A DNA stretch of 46,893 nucleotides from a virus (lineage: Duplodnaviria > Heunggongvirae > Uroviricota > Caudoviricetes), in IMG/VR virus record IMGVR_UViG_3300045007_000064, positions 124,236 through 171,128 of that record, one strand, 5' to 3'. The notes under the pieces are model-generated. The model did not search any database, was not told where the DNA came from, and worked only from the letters and a program-made list of their open reading frames with translations. A program made the position numbers and the translations under genes. This document shows, piece by piece, positions 37,307 through 44,676 of the stretch. The stretch's first letter is position 1. Each line of letters begins with the position of its first letter.

Positions 37307-37337
37307 TATGCGTCCTCAATTTTGGGGCGTGGAATAG

Positions 37338-37370
37338 ACTCCCCCTATCGTACCAGACGACAGGGGGAGT
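37338..37370 (-). promoter_or_regulatory. hairpin with embedded extended -10 (TGGTACGAT, 37347-37355)
   Basis: 14-bp stem (one G-U), 5-nt loop after the portal stop; weak U tract. Confidence 0.5.
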
Positions 37371-37377
37371 GATGGAC

Positions 37378-39117
37378 TTACTGTCCGGGTTCTGCGAGCG
37401 GGAATGGCGGGGCGTCATCCCCAGGAGCAACCGGCTGCTCCGGTTCAGGCATGATGTCGCCCACTGTGGGCTGCATCGGGTCCTGCGGCGGTGCGTCTGA
37501 AGGCTGTGACGTGTCCAGCGGGGCGTTGGGGTCAGCAGGTACCGCACCCGTTCCTCCGTTGAGAATGTCGTTGACCTGTCCCGGAACCGGGGCAACCGAG
37601 GTAGCCTGTCCTGCACCGCGAGCGGCGTCGATGACATCGGGGGCCAGAACACGAAGCAGGGCCTCGGTGAGCTGCGGGTCCAGTCCACCCTTCTCCAGCA
37701 GCATGCGGAGCACAAGCTCCTTGCCGGTGGGAGCATCCTGATCTGCGAAGCCGTGGGCACGACGCCAGGTGTCACCCGAGATTGCCATCTTCTCATATCC
37801 GGAGTCGGCGTCAGCCGCGCGGTCATTGCGGGTCGCAACAGCGCTGGCGTCATACCAGACAGCGATACGGGATACGTCAGCCTGGCTCCATCCGTCGTTG
37901 ATGAGGGTGGGGCGCAGGTACATCGTGGTGAAGGCGTCAGCCAGCAGGAGCAGCATCGGCTCAATGTGGGCCTTGTACAGCGACTCGTCAATCTGGACGG
38001 CGTTGTTGTACTTCACATTTGCCAGACCGGTAACGGTGTCCTTGGGAACATCGAGACCCTGGAGGATACGCTCTAGAACGCGGTCAGCACGCGCAACCAT
38101 GGCGTCATCAAACGGACGGTCGAACGAGATGTGCTTCAGGTCCTTACCCAGCTCGGCAGGGCCGCGGATCAGAAGAGGCACAACGCTGGCGGCGCTGGAC
38201 TCATCCTCGATGGGCGTGGACATCGCCAGGAGAAGTTCTTCCTGGAACTGGTCGGCTACGTCCTCCGGCGTGGGGGCGTCCTCGTCCTGCTCTTCGAATA
38301 GACCGGAATCCGCCTCGGCGGAAGTAGACAAGCCGTCCGGAACGTACAGGATACCGGCATTCAGACGCGAACGGTGCGACCCGCGGAAGGTGCGGTCCAG
38401 AAGCAGAAGCTCCTCGCACAGCGCCAGCAGACCGATCATGTTCGTGTCCGGGTCCTCGCTGAAGCGGGGGTGCGGACGCCAAATGCGTCCCATGAACGCA
38501 TCGGACGGCAGCGGGATCGCACCCTTGGGCAGTGCACCGCCGCCGTTGCCAGGCTTGATCGCGCGGCGCGGGTAGATAGCGTAGTTGCCCTTGGCGTCAA
38601 CCTTCAGCTCGTCTACCGAGCGAATGTCCCAGCTCTCCGGCAGGCCCTGACCGATGCGCTCGGGCACCTGGACCAGGTAGCACTCACCGGCAACGGCGAG
38701 GTTCAGCGCGGCGTCACGGAGAAGTCCTGCCTGTCCGCCGAAGGCGGAGTCCAGACGCTCTAGTGCACGGCGAGCGGCGTCTGCAAGTTCTGCGTCAACC
38801 TTCTCAGACAGCGCCAAAGGTACGGGAGACTCAGCCGGGTCTTCCACGACCGCCACATATAGGCGAATTCGTGAAACAACGCTTGCCACGAGCTGGAAGG
38901 CGTACTTGACCTCGGAAATGGCGTCGTAGTACTCCCACGCCGCCTGCTGGACAGCAACGATCTGCCCGCCCTGCGCCTGACGGAACAGCTCCGCCTCGGT
39001 CTTGTCCTTGAGACTCACGCGCGCAGCAGCAGCGGTCATGCCTCGTACGGAGTTATACGGTACGGGCGCAACCGGCTGCGTGCTCGCTGTCTCGCGGCGG
39101 AAGATGTTGCCTGCCAT
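37378..39117 (-). CDS. portal protein
   Basis: 579 aa from ATG 39117 (TAATG overlap); AWEYYDAISEVKYA, GECYLV, WRPHPRF, ILQGLDVPK patterns of actinophage portals. Confidence 0.88.
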   Translation of the reverse strand: MAGNIFRRETASTQPVAPVPYNSVRGMTAAAARVSLKDKTEAELFRQAQGGQIVAVQQAAWEYYDAISEVKYAFQLVASVVSRIRLYVAVVEDPAESPVPLALSEKVDAELADAARRALERLDSAFGGQAGLLRDAALNLAVAGECYLVQVPERIGQGLPESWDIRSVDELKVDAKGNYAIYPRRAIKPGNGGGALPKGAIPLPSDAFMGRIWRPHPRFSEDPDTNMIGLLALCEELLLLDRTFRGSHRSRLNAGILYVPDGLSTSAEADSGLFEEQDEDAPTPEDVADQFQEELLLAMSTPIEDESSAASVVPLLIRGPAELGKDLKHISFDRPFDDAMVARADRVLERILQGLDVPKDTVTGLANVKYNNAVQIDESLYKAHIEPMLLLLADAFTTMYLRPTLINDGWSQADVSRIAVWYDASAVATRNDRAADADSGYEKMAISGDTWRRAHGFADQDAPTGKELVLRMLLEKGGLDPQLTEALLRVLAPDVIDAARGAGQATSVAPVPGQVNDILNGGTGAVPADPNAPLDTSQPSDAPPQDPMQPTVGDIMPEPEQPVAPGDDAPPFPLAEPGQ

Positions 39118-39392
39118 TATCCTACCTTCTGGTAAATGAGGCCTGTTACAGCCGATCCCGCTAGGGGAAGTCCAGCTACCATCATACCAGTAGGTGAAAC
39201 TACGTACAGAATAGCGAGAGGAATCGCTACCCAGAATGACATACACCACGGGCAGCCGAGTAGATATGCGAGCTTTCCACCAGGCTTGACCTTGGAGTAC
39301 GCCCAGTCACGCGGCCCATCCAGGATTTCGTCCTCGATGATGAGCCGCGTGGCTCGATAAACGGCGAGCAGAAATACGATGAAGCGGATCAT
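39117..39392 (-). CDS. membrane protein (DUF1360-like)
   Basis: LAVYRATRLI.ED.I...CPWCMSFWVA with hydrophobic helices. Confidence 0.7.
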   Translation of the reverse strand: MIRFIVFLLAVYRATRLIIEDEILDGPRDWAYSKVKPGGKLAYLLGCPWCMSFWVAIPLAILYVVSPTGMMVAGLPLAGSAVTGLIYQKVG

Positions 39393-40168
39393 AGCTTCCA
39401 GGGCCAGTTTCCGTGAATCTCGGTCTTCTCCAGGCCCGAGTCGTAGTAGTGATCTAGAAGCGCTCGGACGTAGTTGTCGTGGAGGTTCATCCGGTTCAAA
39501 ACCATGCTCGCCTCGCGGAGCCGGTACTGTAGCGGGTGGCGCTTCAGCGCACGATGCAGCTTCTTCAGCATCTTGGTCTTGCGCGGGGTGGTCGTCACGA
39601 TGACGCGAGGTCGATCACCAGTTCGGACCGCGGTGAGGAGGTTATCCCAGGCGTCGTTTACATCCTTTGACTTTGCACGACGCCACGAAGCAACCTCATC
39701 TGCCCACGCGAAATCAGCACCGACTCCCCGAATAGCGTCCGGTTCCTCCGAGGAAACGCAGAAAGCAACGGAACCGTTAGGCCACTCCAGGAGGCGCAGA
39801 CTGGGCTTGTATGTTGGGGCATCAGGGTTATGCAGTCCGTAGACGCCGAAGATTCCAGATTCTCCCTCCACCAGAACCTCGCGCACATCCGCTGCGGTAC
39901 GCGCAACCAGAAGAAGCCGGGACCCGGGGTTCTCTTCCGCGAACTTGATCGCCTCCTCGGCTCCGGTACGGGTCTTACCCGAACCGCGGCCTGCCGCGTA
40001 AATCCACACACGCCAGAGAGAATCCTGGGGCGGAATCTGGTCAGGGCGGCGCTCGGCCTCCCACTTCTCCCGGCCCTTCAGGCTCTCGATCTGGAGAAGC
40101 TGCTGGTCGCGGTCCTCTCCGGGCGGCATGCTCTTGACGGTTTCTTTCAGTGATCCTTTGTAGAACAT
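39389..40168 (-). CDS. terminase large-subunit ATPase-only paralog A
   Basis: 259 aa from ATG 40168 (GGAAGGA RBS, TGATG overlap); GRGSGKT, FAWADE, TTTP; aligns to TerL N-domain; no nuclease domain. Confidence 0.8.
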   Translation of the reverse strand: MFYKGSLKETVKSMPPGEDRDQQLLQIESLKGREKWEAERRPDQIPPQDSLWRVWIYAAGRGSGKTRTGAEEAIKFAEENPGSRLLLVARTAADVREVLVEGESGIFGVYGLHNPDAPTYKPSLRLLEWPNGSVAFCVSSEEPDAIRGVGADFAWADEVASWRRAKSKDVNDAWDNLLTAVRTGDRPRVIVTTTPRKTKMLKKLHRALKRHPLQYRLREASMVLNRMNLHDNYVRALLDHYYDSGLEKTEIHGNWPWKL

Positions 40169-40758
40169 CAGAACGTCCTTCCGTCTCCTGCTCGGGAGAC
40201 GATTGTGTCGGGGTGTAGCTTTGTTGGCTGCGTAAACAGGTACTTCTCCGCCATGGGGTATTCCTTGGCGATTTCGGCGGCATCGAAAACTTCGTCTGCC
40301 CATACATAGTCGAACATCATTCCACGGGCGGCTCCCCGAAGGAAGGCGTCCTCGGACATGCCCCGCAACGAGCGCTTGCTGCTGCGGTCGCGAATCGATA
40401 CAGCCCGCTCTACTCCATCGATTCTGTCGTAGTCAAAATGTCCAGACCACAACTCCGCGGTGTTCATGAAACGCTTGAAGGACAGGTCCATCTCGTACCC
40501 GCCTCCGCTGAAGATGCACAAAACGTTGGCTAGGTTGAAGAACTTGTTCCACGCCCAATACTCGCCCGCATAGCTCTTACCGCTATTAGGCGGAGCGACA
40601 ATCGTCCAGTACTTCCAATCGGAAGATGCAGGTTCGATCTGGAATGGGTAGGCGTTCAGTTCCCAGCTATAGTTCCACTCGTCATCATCGTAGAAGGCGC
40701 GGCGAGCTGAGCGTTCCGGCTCGGGGAGCGCTTCAATCTGCTGACGGAGAGTCTTCAT
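40168..40758 (-). CDS. divergent terminase ATPase-like paralog B
   Basis: 196 aa; YPFQ, APPNSGKS (Walker A), FDYVWADE (Walker B); N-terminus LRQQIEALPEPE...WNYSW resembles TerL QISLLPPDE...WDWSLW. Confidence 0.65.
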   Translation of the reverse strand: MKTLRQQIEALPEPERSARRAFYDDDEWNYSWELNAYPFQIEPASSDWKYWTIVAPPNSGKSYAGEYWAWNKFFNLANVLCIFSGGGYEMDLSFKRFMNTAELWSGHFDYDRIDGVERAVSIRDRSSKRSLRGMSEDAFLRGAARGMMFDYVWADEVFDAAEIAKEYPMAEKYLFTQPTKLHPDTIVSRAGDGRTF

Positions 40759-40954
40759 TCTCGTCTTCCCGTAGTCGCTTCAACTGATCCAGACTGGACT
40801 GGGGGTTCCGAGGCTTTTCAGCTAGCTTCTTTGTCCAGTACTCGATTTCCTCTCGGAGGAGCGTTCCTGTCAGGGGAATAACCCGCTCACCAGCCTCCAG
40901 AGTGACCTCGAAGGGCGGCCCAATATGCAGCCCTCCCTCTTCTACACTAGGCAT
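40733..40954 (-). CDS. 73-aa hypothetical protein
   Basis: ATG 40954 overlaps the upstream stop; fills the gap in a coupled gene series. Confidence 0.5.
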   Translation of the reverse strand: MPSVEEGGLHIGPPFEVTLEAGERVIPLTGTLLREEIEYWTKKLAEKPRNPQSSLDQLKRLREDENEDSPSAD

Positions 40955-41168
40955 GATCCGTGTCATCTCCTGGGCAGTAGCAAATCCGCGGCATCGGCAG
41001 AGGGTTGTCCTCATCGGTAATAGGGGTAGACATGGCAAGCAGGAGCTGATCCTGAAACTCTTCCTCTGTCGAGACAGGCTCATCCGGATTCTCACGGGCG
41101 CTCTTCGGGATGTGGAGCACACCCGCGTCTGCGATCTGTTGCTCGGTGAACTTGTAGATTCTAAGCAT
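40947..41168 (-). CDS. 73-aa portal-fragment protein (clip-like segment)
   Basis: AGVLHIP...FQDQLLLAMSTPITDE matches portal AGILYVP...FQEELLLAMSTPIEDE; ATG overlaps the upstream stop. Confidence 0.7.
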   Translation of the reverse strand: MLRIYKFTEQQIADAGVLHIPKSARENPDEPVSTEEEFQDQLLLAMSTPITDEDNPLPMPRICYCPGDDTDHA

Positions 41169-41538
41169 CTTCGGGTCCCGGGTCCTTGCTCGATCCCATG
41201 ATCTTGAATGGACGCCAGCTCCGCAGCCGCGATCCGCAGCCACAGGAGGCGTCCTTACGCCAGGCGAGCTTCTTGCCCGAGACGGTTGTCACGTACGAAT
41301 CGATGTGTACGCTGCCCTTGTAGTGCGTGGTGGGGTCAATCTCCTCGGAGAATACGACCTGTGGCCCCGCTACATCGTCCACCGCAACGGTCACTCGGTT
41401 TCCGGATACAACAACCCGGGTGATCGCCAGGTGCGCGGCATCCGGCGTCGGCGGACGGCTCTTCAGCTCTTCCACCGCCACAGGGAAGTCGGCAGCCGTA
41501 ATCACCAGCGTAGCTGGGAATGTGTCTTCGCGAATCAA
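41161..41538 (-). CDS. hypothetical protein with CGCG motif
   Basis: TTG start with AAGGAGAG RBS, 4-nt overlap with the HTH gene. Confidence 0.7.
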   Translation of the reverse strand: MIREDTFPATLVITAADFPVAVEELKSRPPTPDAAHLAITRVVVSGNRVTVAVDDVAGPQVVFSEEIDPTTHYKGSVHIDSYVTTVSGKKLAWRKDASCGCGSRLRSWRPFKIMGSSKDPGPEDA

Positions 41539-42032
41539 CTTACTCTCCTTGCCATTGCGCGGTAGCTGACGTTCGCGGCGTCCGCGAGGTCAGCGATGGT
41601 TACGCGCTCGTCATGGTGCAGTCTAACACAAAGCTCGGTCAATTCCCTATTCGACTTTGCCGAGGCGTGTCCCGGCTTCATCGTGGCGCGGTACTTGCGG
41701 GCGCTGGGAGCCAGCTCCTTGATCCGTGTAGCCTCGGCTGTCGTGAGCGGGCGTCGGGGCTTCTTCGGAGTGCTGGCGGGGGTCTGGAGCGTTGGGATAG
41801 GTGTAGTTGGCAGATCAGTATACGCGGACGCAATGGGAATCGGTGAATTGATCCAGTAACGAATCGTGGATCGTGCCCGAGGCGGGTCAAACGACTCCCC
41901 GATACTCCGGAGTGTCCACCCCGCCTGGTACAGCATCTTCGCTCGCGCGAATAGCTCGTACCCGGTAAGGTTCTGTAGCAGTTCTGCTTCGTAGGAGGGC
42001 AACGACTGCCCTCGCGCGGATCGGCGTGTCAT
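41535..42032 (-). CDS. helix-turn-helix DNA-binding protein (two HTH-like units; small terminase not excluded)
   Basis: GWTLRSIGESF..PRARSTIRYW and VTIADLADAANVSYRAMARR. Confidence 0.65.
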   Translation of the reverse strand: MTRRSARGQSLPSYEAELLQNLTGYELFARAKMLYQAGWTLRSIGESFDPPRARSTIRYWINSPIPIASAYTDLPTTPIPTLQTPASTPKKPRRPLTTAEATRIKELAPSARKYRATMKPGHASAKSNRELTELCVRLHHDERVTIADLADAANVSYRAMARRVS

Positions 42033-44359
42033 CGCTTCTTCATTCCTCCAATACGGAATCCTCCGAATCCCGTGGCACGGGGTCCGGTTCGCTGGGTGCG
42101 CTGGCGGAGGGCATTGTTGTTGCCAAGGTTGATGGTTCGGTTAGCCATGCCCTTCGCACGAATGGGGCCGCTCCAGAATCCCTTAGGCGGGGCAATCAGG
42201 AGGGCGGTGAGTGCGTGAACGAGCGCGTCCACGCGGTCAGGGGACTTGCGAGTGACCTCAGGCTCCCAGGTCACCATCTGCTCCTCCAGGTCAACGTGCC
42301 GTCCAACGTGGACAACACGACCCTGCTGATACGCGAGCACGACCGGCTCGGCGCGGAGCTTCTTTCCGACCTTCGAGTGGACCTCGTAGACCGGAATGTT
42401 CGGGTCGATCTGGTGGATGGCGTTCTTCACCATCGCTCCACCCTGGTTTGTCTCCGCTACAATCGGGGCACCCCACTTGTAGTGCATGTCCACAACCTTC
42501 TGCGTCCACACCTGGGGCGAACCCTGCACCGATGCGTCTTCCAGAACCCACGCTCGGCGCTTGTAGAGGTCGGAATCGGCGGTGGCGGAGACCACAACGA
42601 TTCCACACTCGTCACCAGGCTCGTCCGCGACCGTGGGGTCCACACCGATGACGCGCAGAGGCGTGTAAGGCGGCAGCTCCAAGTTGTGCGGGATCATATT
42701 GTCGTCCCACAGCGCGCCCTCGACCGCCTCCAGCATCTCACCGTTCAGCTCCTGCATAGCCAGACGGGTACCGCCGTACACTCCGGTGATCGCGTCCAGG
42801 TACGCGCCCGCCAGGTTACCGGCATTGTCGTACGTAGAACCGCGAGTGACCCAGATTCGACCGGCACCTTCGACATCCTTGCGCCGATCCGGGTTCTTCT
42901 TGTGCTCCGCGATCAGGTCGAACAACACCTTGACGCGCTTAGGGGTGGTGGTGGCGAGAATCTGGGGGTTGTTTCCCAGACGAGTCGCGATACGGAGGTT
43001 CTCCCACGCAGAAAGCTCGCCTTCCTTGGTCGGCTGACGCCACGCGGCTACCTCGTCGCCCCAGGCGTAGTGCGCCTGCACACCACGAAGCGAGTCAGGC
43101 TCGTCTGCGGAGGTGCAGAAGGCCCAGGAGCCATTGGGCCAGATCAGACGACGGATGGACGGGCGGTATTCGGGGCGCTCCGAGGGTGGGGAGACGTTGA
43201 TGATACCGGAATTGTGGGTCTTGACGTACGTATTGTGGATCAAGAACGTGTTATCGGGCGAATCAACCGCGATGCAGCGTACGGGGACACTCTCAACCGG
43301 TGTAATCGACTGAATCGCGCGCAGAGCGCCCTTCTTGGAGTAGTGCGTGACTGTCCAGGAGTCGATTCGGCCCTCACGCTCGACAACTCGGGTCCATTCT
43401 CCGGTAGTGTACCCAAGTGAGGACGCTAGACGGCGGATATTCGCCCGAATCTGGGTCGTATTGGTGCCAGGAATCTCCGATTCCTCCCCATACGCCTGTC
43501 GAGCGTCAACGAGGCCCTTCAACACGGCCTCGCGGACCTTCGTGGGTGCCCAGAAGTAGTCCTCGGGGATTCGGCGGGTCTCCGCGTTGTGCTCCGAGAA
43601 TTCAGAGCGCAGCGGGCGCTTCCCGAGGAGGTATCCGACGTTGTAGGGGGTGTATCGGAGCTGGATATCCTCTTCACCCTGGAGTTCGATAGGCTCGATG
43701 TAGTATCGGCGGTCCAAATCCTTCATGATTTCTTCTGTCGTCATCACGAAGGTCTTCTTGGACAGGCGACCCGTCCCCCAGTGCCCGTCACGGCGGCGAA
43801 CCGCCCACTTGTGGTTCGCGTCTGCGATGATCGGGGTATCTTCACCCGCGACCTTGACAGCGTAGCAGGGGCGGTTGTAGAGTACAGGGAAAGCTTCGGT
43901 GACCTTAGCGGGCTTGCCGTCTCCGCCGACAACGAGGTCACCCTTCTTCAGCTTGCCGATGGGGGTGAATCCTGTAGGACTAATAGGGCTGGCTACGGGG
44001 GTGTCGAGCGCCAGGGCCTCACCTTCAACGATAACCTCTCGCACGTCAGCCGCGGTACGGGCAACGAGGAGGAATCGCAAGGGTCCCTGGCTAGTCTCTC
44101 GCGCCTTCTCGCGAATCCACTCAGCCGCCATGCGTGTCTTACCGAAACCACGACCGGCGAGTGCGAGGCCTACGTCCCAGGAGTCGTCTCGGGGCGGTAC
44201 CTGCGCAGGGCGGCTCCAAAGAGACCAGTCCCAACGGAGCTGTTCTGGGTCGAACCCCGCGAGTGCTTCTTCCGCCTCGTCGGGCGGGAGCAAGGAGATT
44301 TGCTCCATGATCGACATCGACGCGGGGTCGAGGAGGGAAGTGTTCGGAAACTCAGACAT
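42029..44359 (-). CDS. terL: terminase large subunit with intein (507 aa after splicing)
   Basis: GRGFGKT, YAWGDE, TTTP; nuclease domain VIGVDPT, DECGIVV, AETNQGG, PDRVDAL. Confidence 0.95.
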   Translation of the reverse strand: MSEFPNTSLLDPASMSIMEQISLLPPDEAEEALAGFDPEQLRWDWSLWSRPAQVPPRDDSWDVGLALAGRGFGKTRMAAEWIREKARETSQGPLRFLLVARTAADVREVIVEGEALALDTPVASPISPTGFTPIGKLKKGDLVVGGDGKPAKVTEAFPVLYNRPCYAVKVAGEDTPIIADANHKWAVRRRDGHWGTGRLSKKTFVMTTEEIMKDLDRRYYIEPIELQGEEDIQLRYTPYNVGYLLGKRPLRSEFSEHNAETRRIPEDYFWAPTKVREAVLKGLVDARQAYGEESEIPGTNTTQIRANIRRLASSLGYTTGEWTRVVEREGRIDSWTVTHYSKKGALRAIQSITPVESVPVRCIAVDSPDNTFLIHNTYVKTHNSGIINVSPPSERPEYRPSIRRLIWPNGSWAFCTSADEPDSLRGVQAHYAWGDEVAAWRQPTKEGELSAWENLRIATRLGNNPQILATTTPKRVKVLFDLIAEHKKNPDRRKDVEGAGRIWVTRGSTYDNAGNLAGAYLDAITGVYGGTRLAMQELNGEMLEAVEGALWDDNMIPHNLELPPYTPLRVIGVDPTVADEPGDECGIVVVSATADSDLYKRRAWVLEDASVQGSPQVWTQKVVDMHYKWGAPIVAETNQGGAMVKNAIHQIDPNIPVYEVHSKVGKKLRAEPVVLAYQQGRVVHVGRHVDLEEQMVTWEPEVTRKSPDRVDALVHALTALLIAPPKGFWSGPIRAKGMANRTINLGNNNALRQRTQRTGPRATGFGGFRIGGMKKR
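43211..44017 (-). mobile_element. class 3 intein (269 aa) with degenerate LAGLIDADG endonuclease
   Basis: Starts Ala (ALALDTP), ends THN before Ser; W (NHKW), C (VRCIAV), T (KTHN) triplet; joined exteins IVEGE-SGII match paralog VLVEGESGIF. Confidence 0.9.
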
Positions 44360-44368
44360 GATGCTTCC

Positions 44369-44377
44369 ATTGTATCA
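44369..44377 (-). promoter_or_regulatory. extended -10 promoter for terminase (TGATACAAT)
   Basis: TGn-TACAAT 9 nt upstream of the terL ATG. Confidence 0.55.
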
Positions 44378-44389
44378 GTCTTGTACTAA

Positions 44390-44418
44390 GTGACTTTTTG
44401 GAACTTTGCTGGTACCCT
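44390..44418 (+). promoter_or_regulatory. rightward promoter, likely leaderless
   Basis: GTGACT-N17-TACCCT with TG extension; ATG 44425 begins 7 nt after the -10. Confidence 0.55.
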
Positions 44419-44424
44419 GAGGGC

Positions 44425-44676
44425 ATGAGCTATCTAGACGAGAAGTATGACGAGTGGTACAACGTCATCGGCGGACCCGCCGTGTACAAGGTCGTCCAGA
44501 CGTGGCAGGGCTACAACCCTGGATGGGATCACACGTACTACGCAACCGAGTACGAGGACGGCTGGTTCTCGGTGGACGGAGAAGAGTGGTTCGGGGAGTT
44601 CCAGAGCCGCCAGGACGCCGAAACGTACCTCGGGCTTGTGTTCTCCAAGACGGACGTGTATGGTGGGGAATCATGA
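44425..44676 (+). CDS. hypothetical acidic aromatic-rich protein
   Basis: 83 aa from ATG 44425; first gene of the divergent plus-strand series. Confidence 0.7.
   Translation: MSYLDEKYDEWYNVIGGPAVYKVVQTWQGYNPGWDHTYYATEYEDGWFSVDGEEWFGEFQSRQDAETYLGLVFSKTDVYGGES

Noticed and set aside
8659-38575. Many plus-strand ORFs of 100-270 aa opposite structural genes (e.g. 8659-9420, 11895-12674, 22757-23506, 37769-38575)
   Set aside because: All lie antisense to well-supported genes and show shadow-frame composition
39389-40758. Idea that the two TerL-like ORFs are one frameshifted terminase pseudogene
   Set aside because: Each has its own Walker A and B and covers the same domain; the second has its own RBS
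42026-43420. 464-aa plus-strand ORF
   Set aside because: Antisense shadow of terL; no motifs; typical of high-GC codon bias
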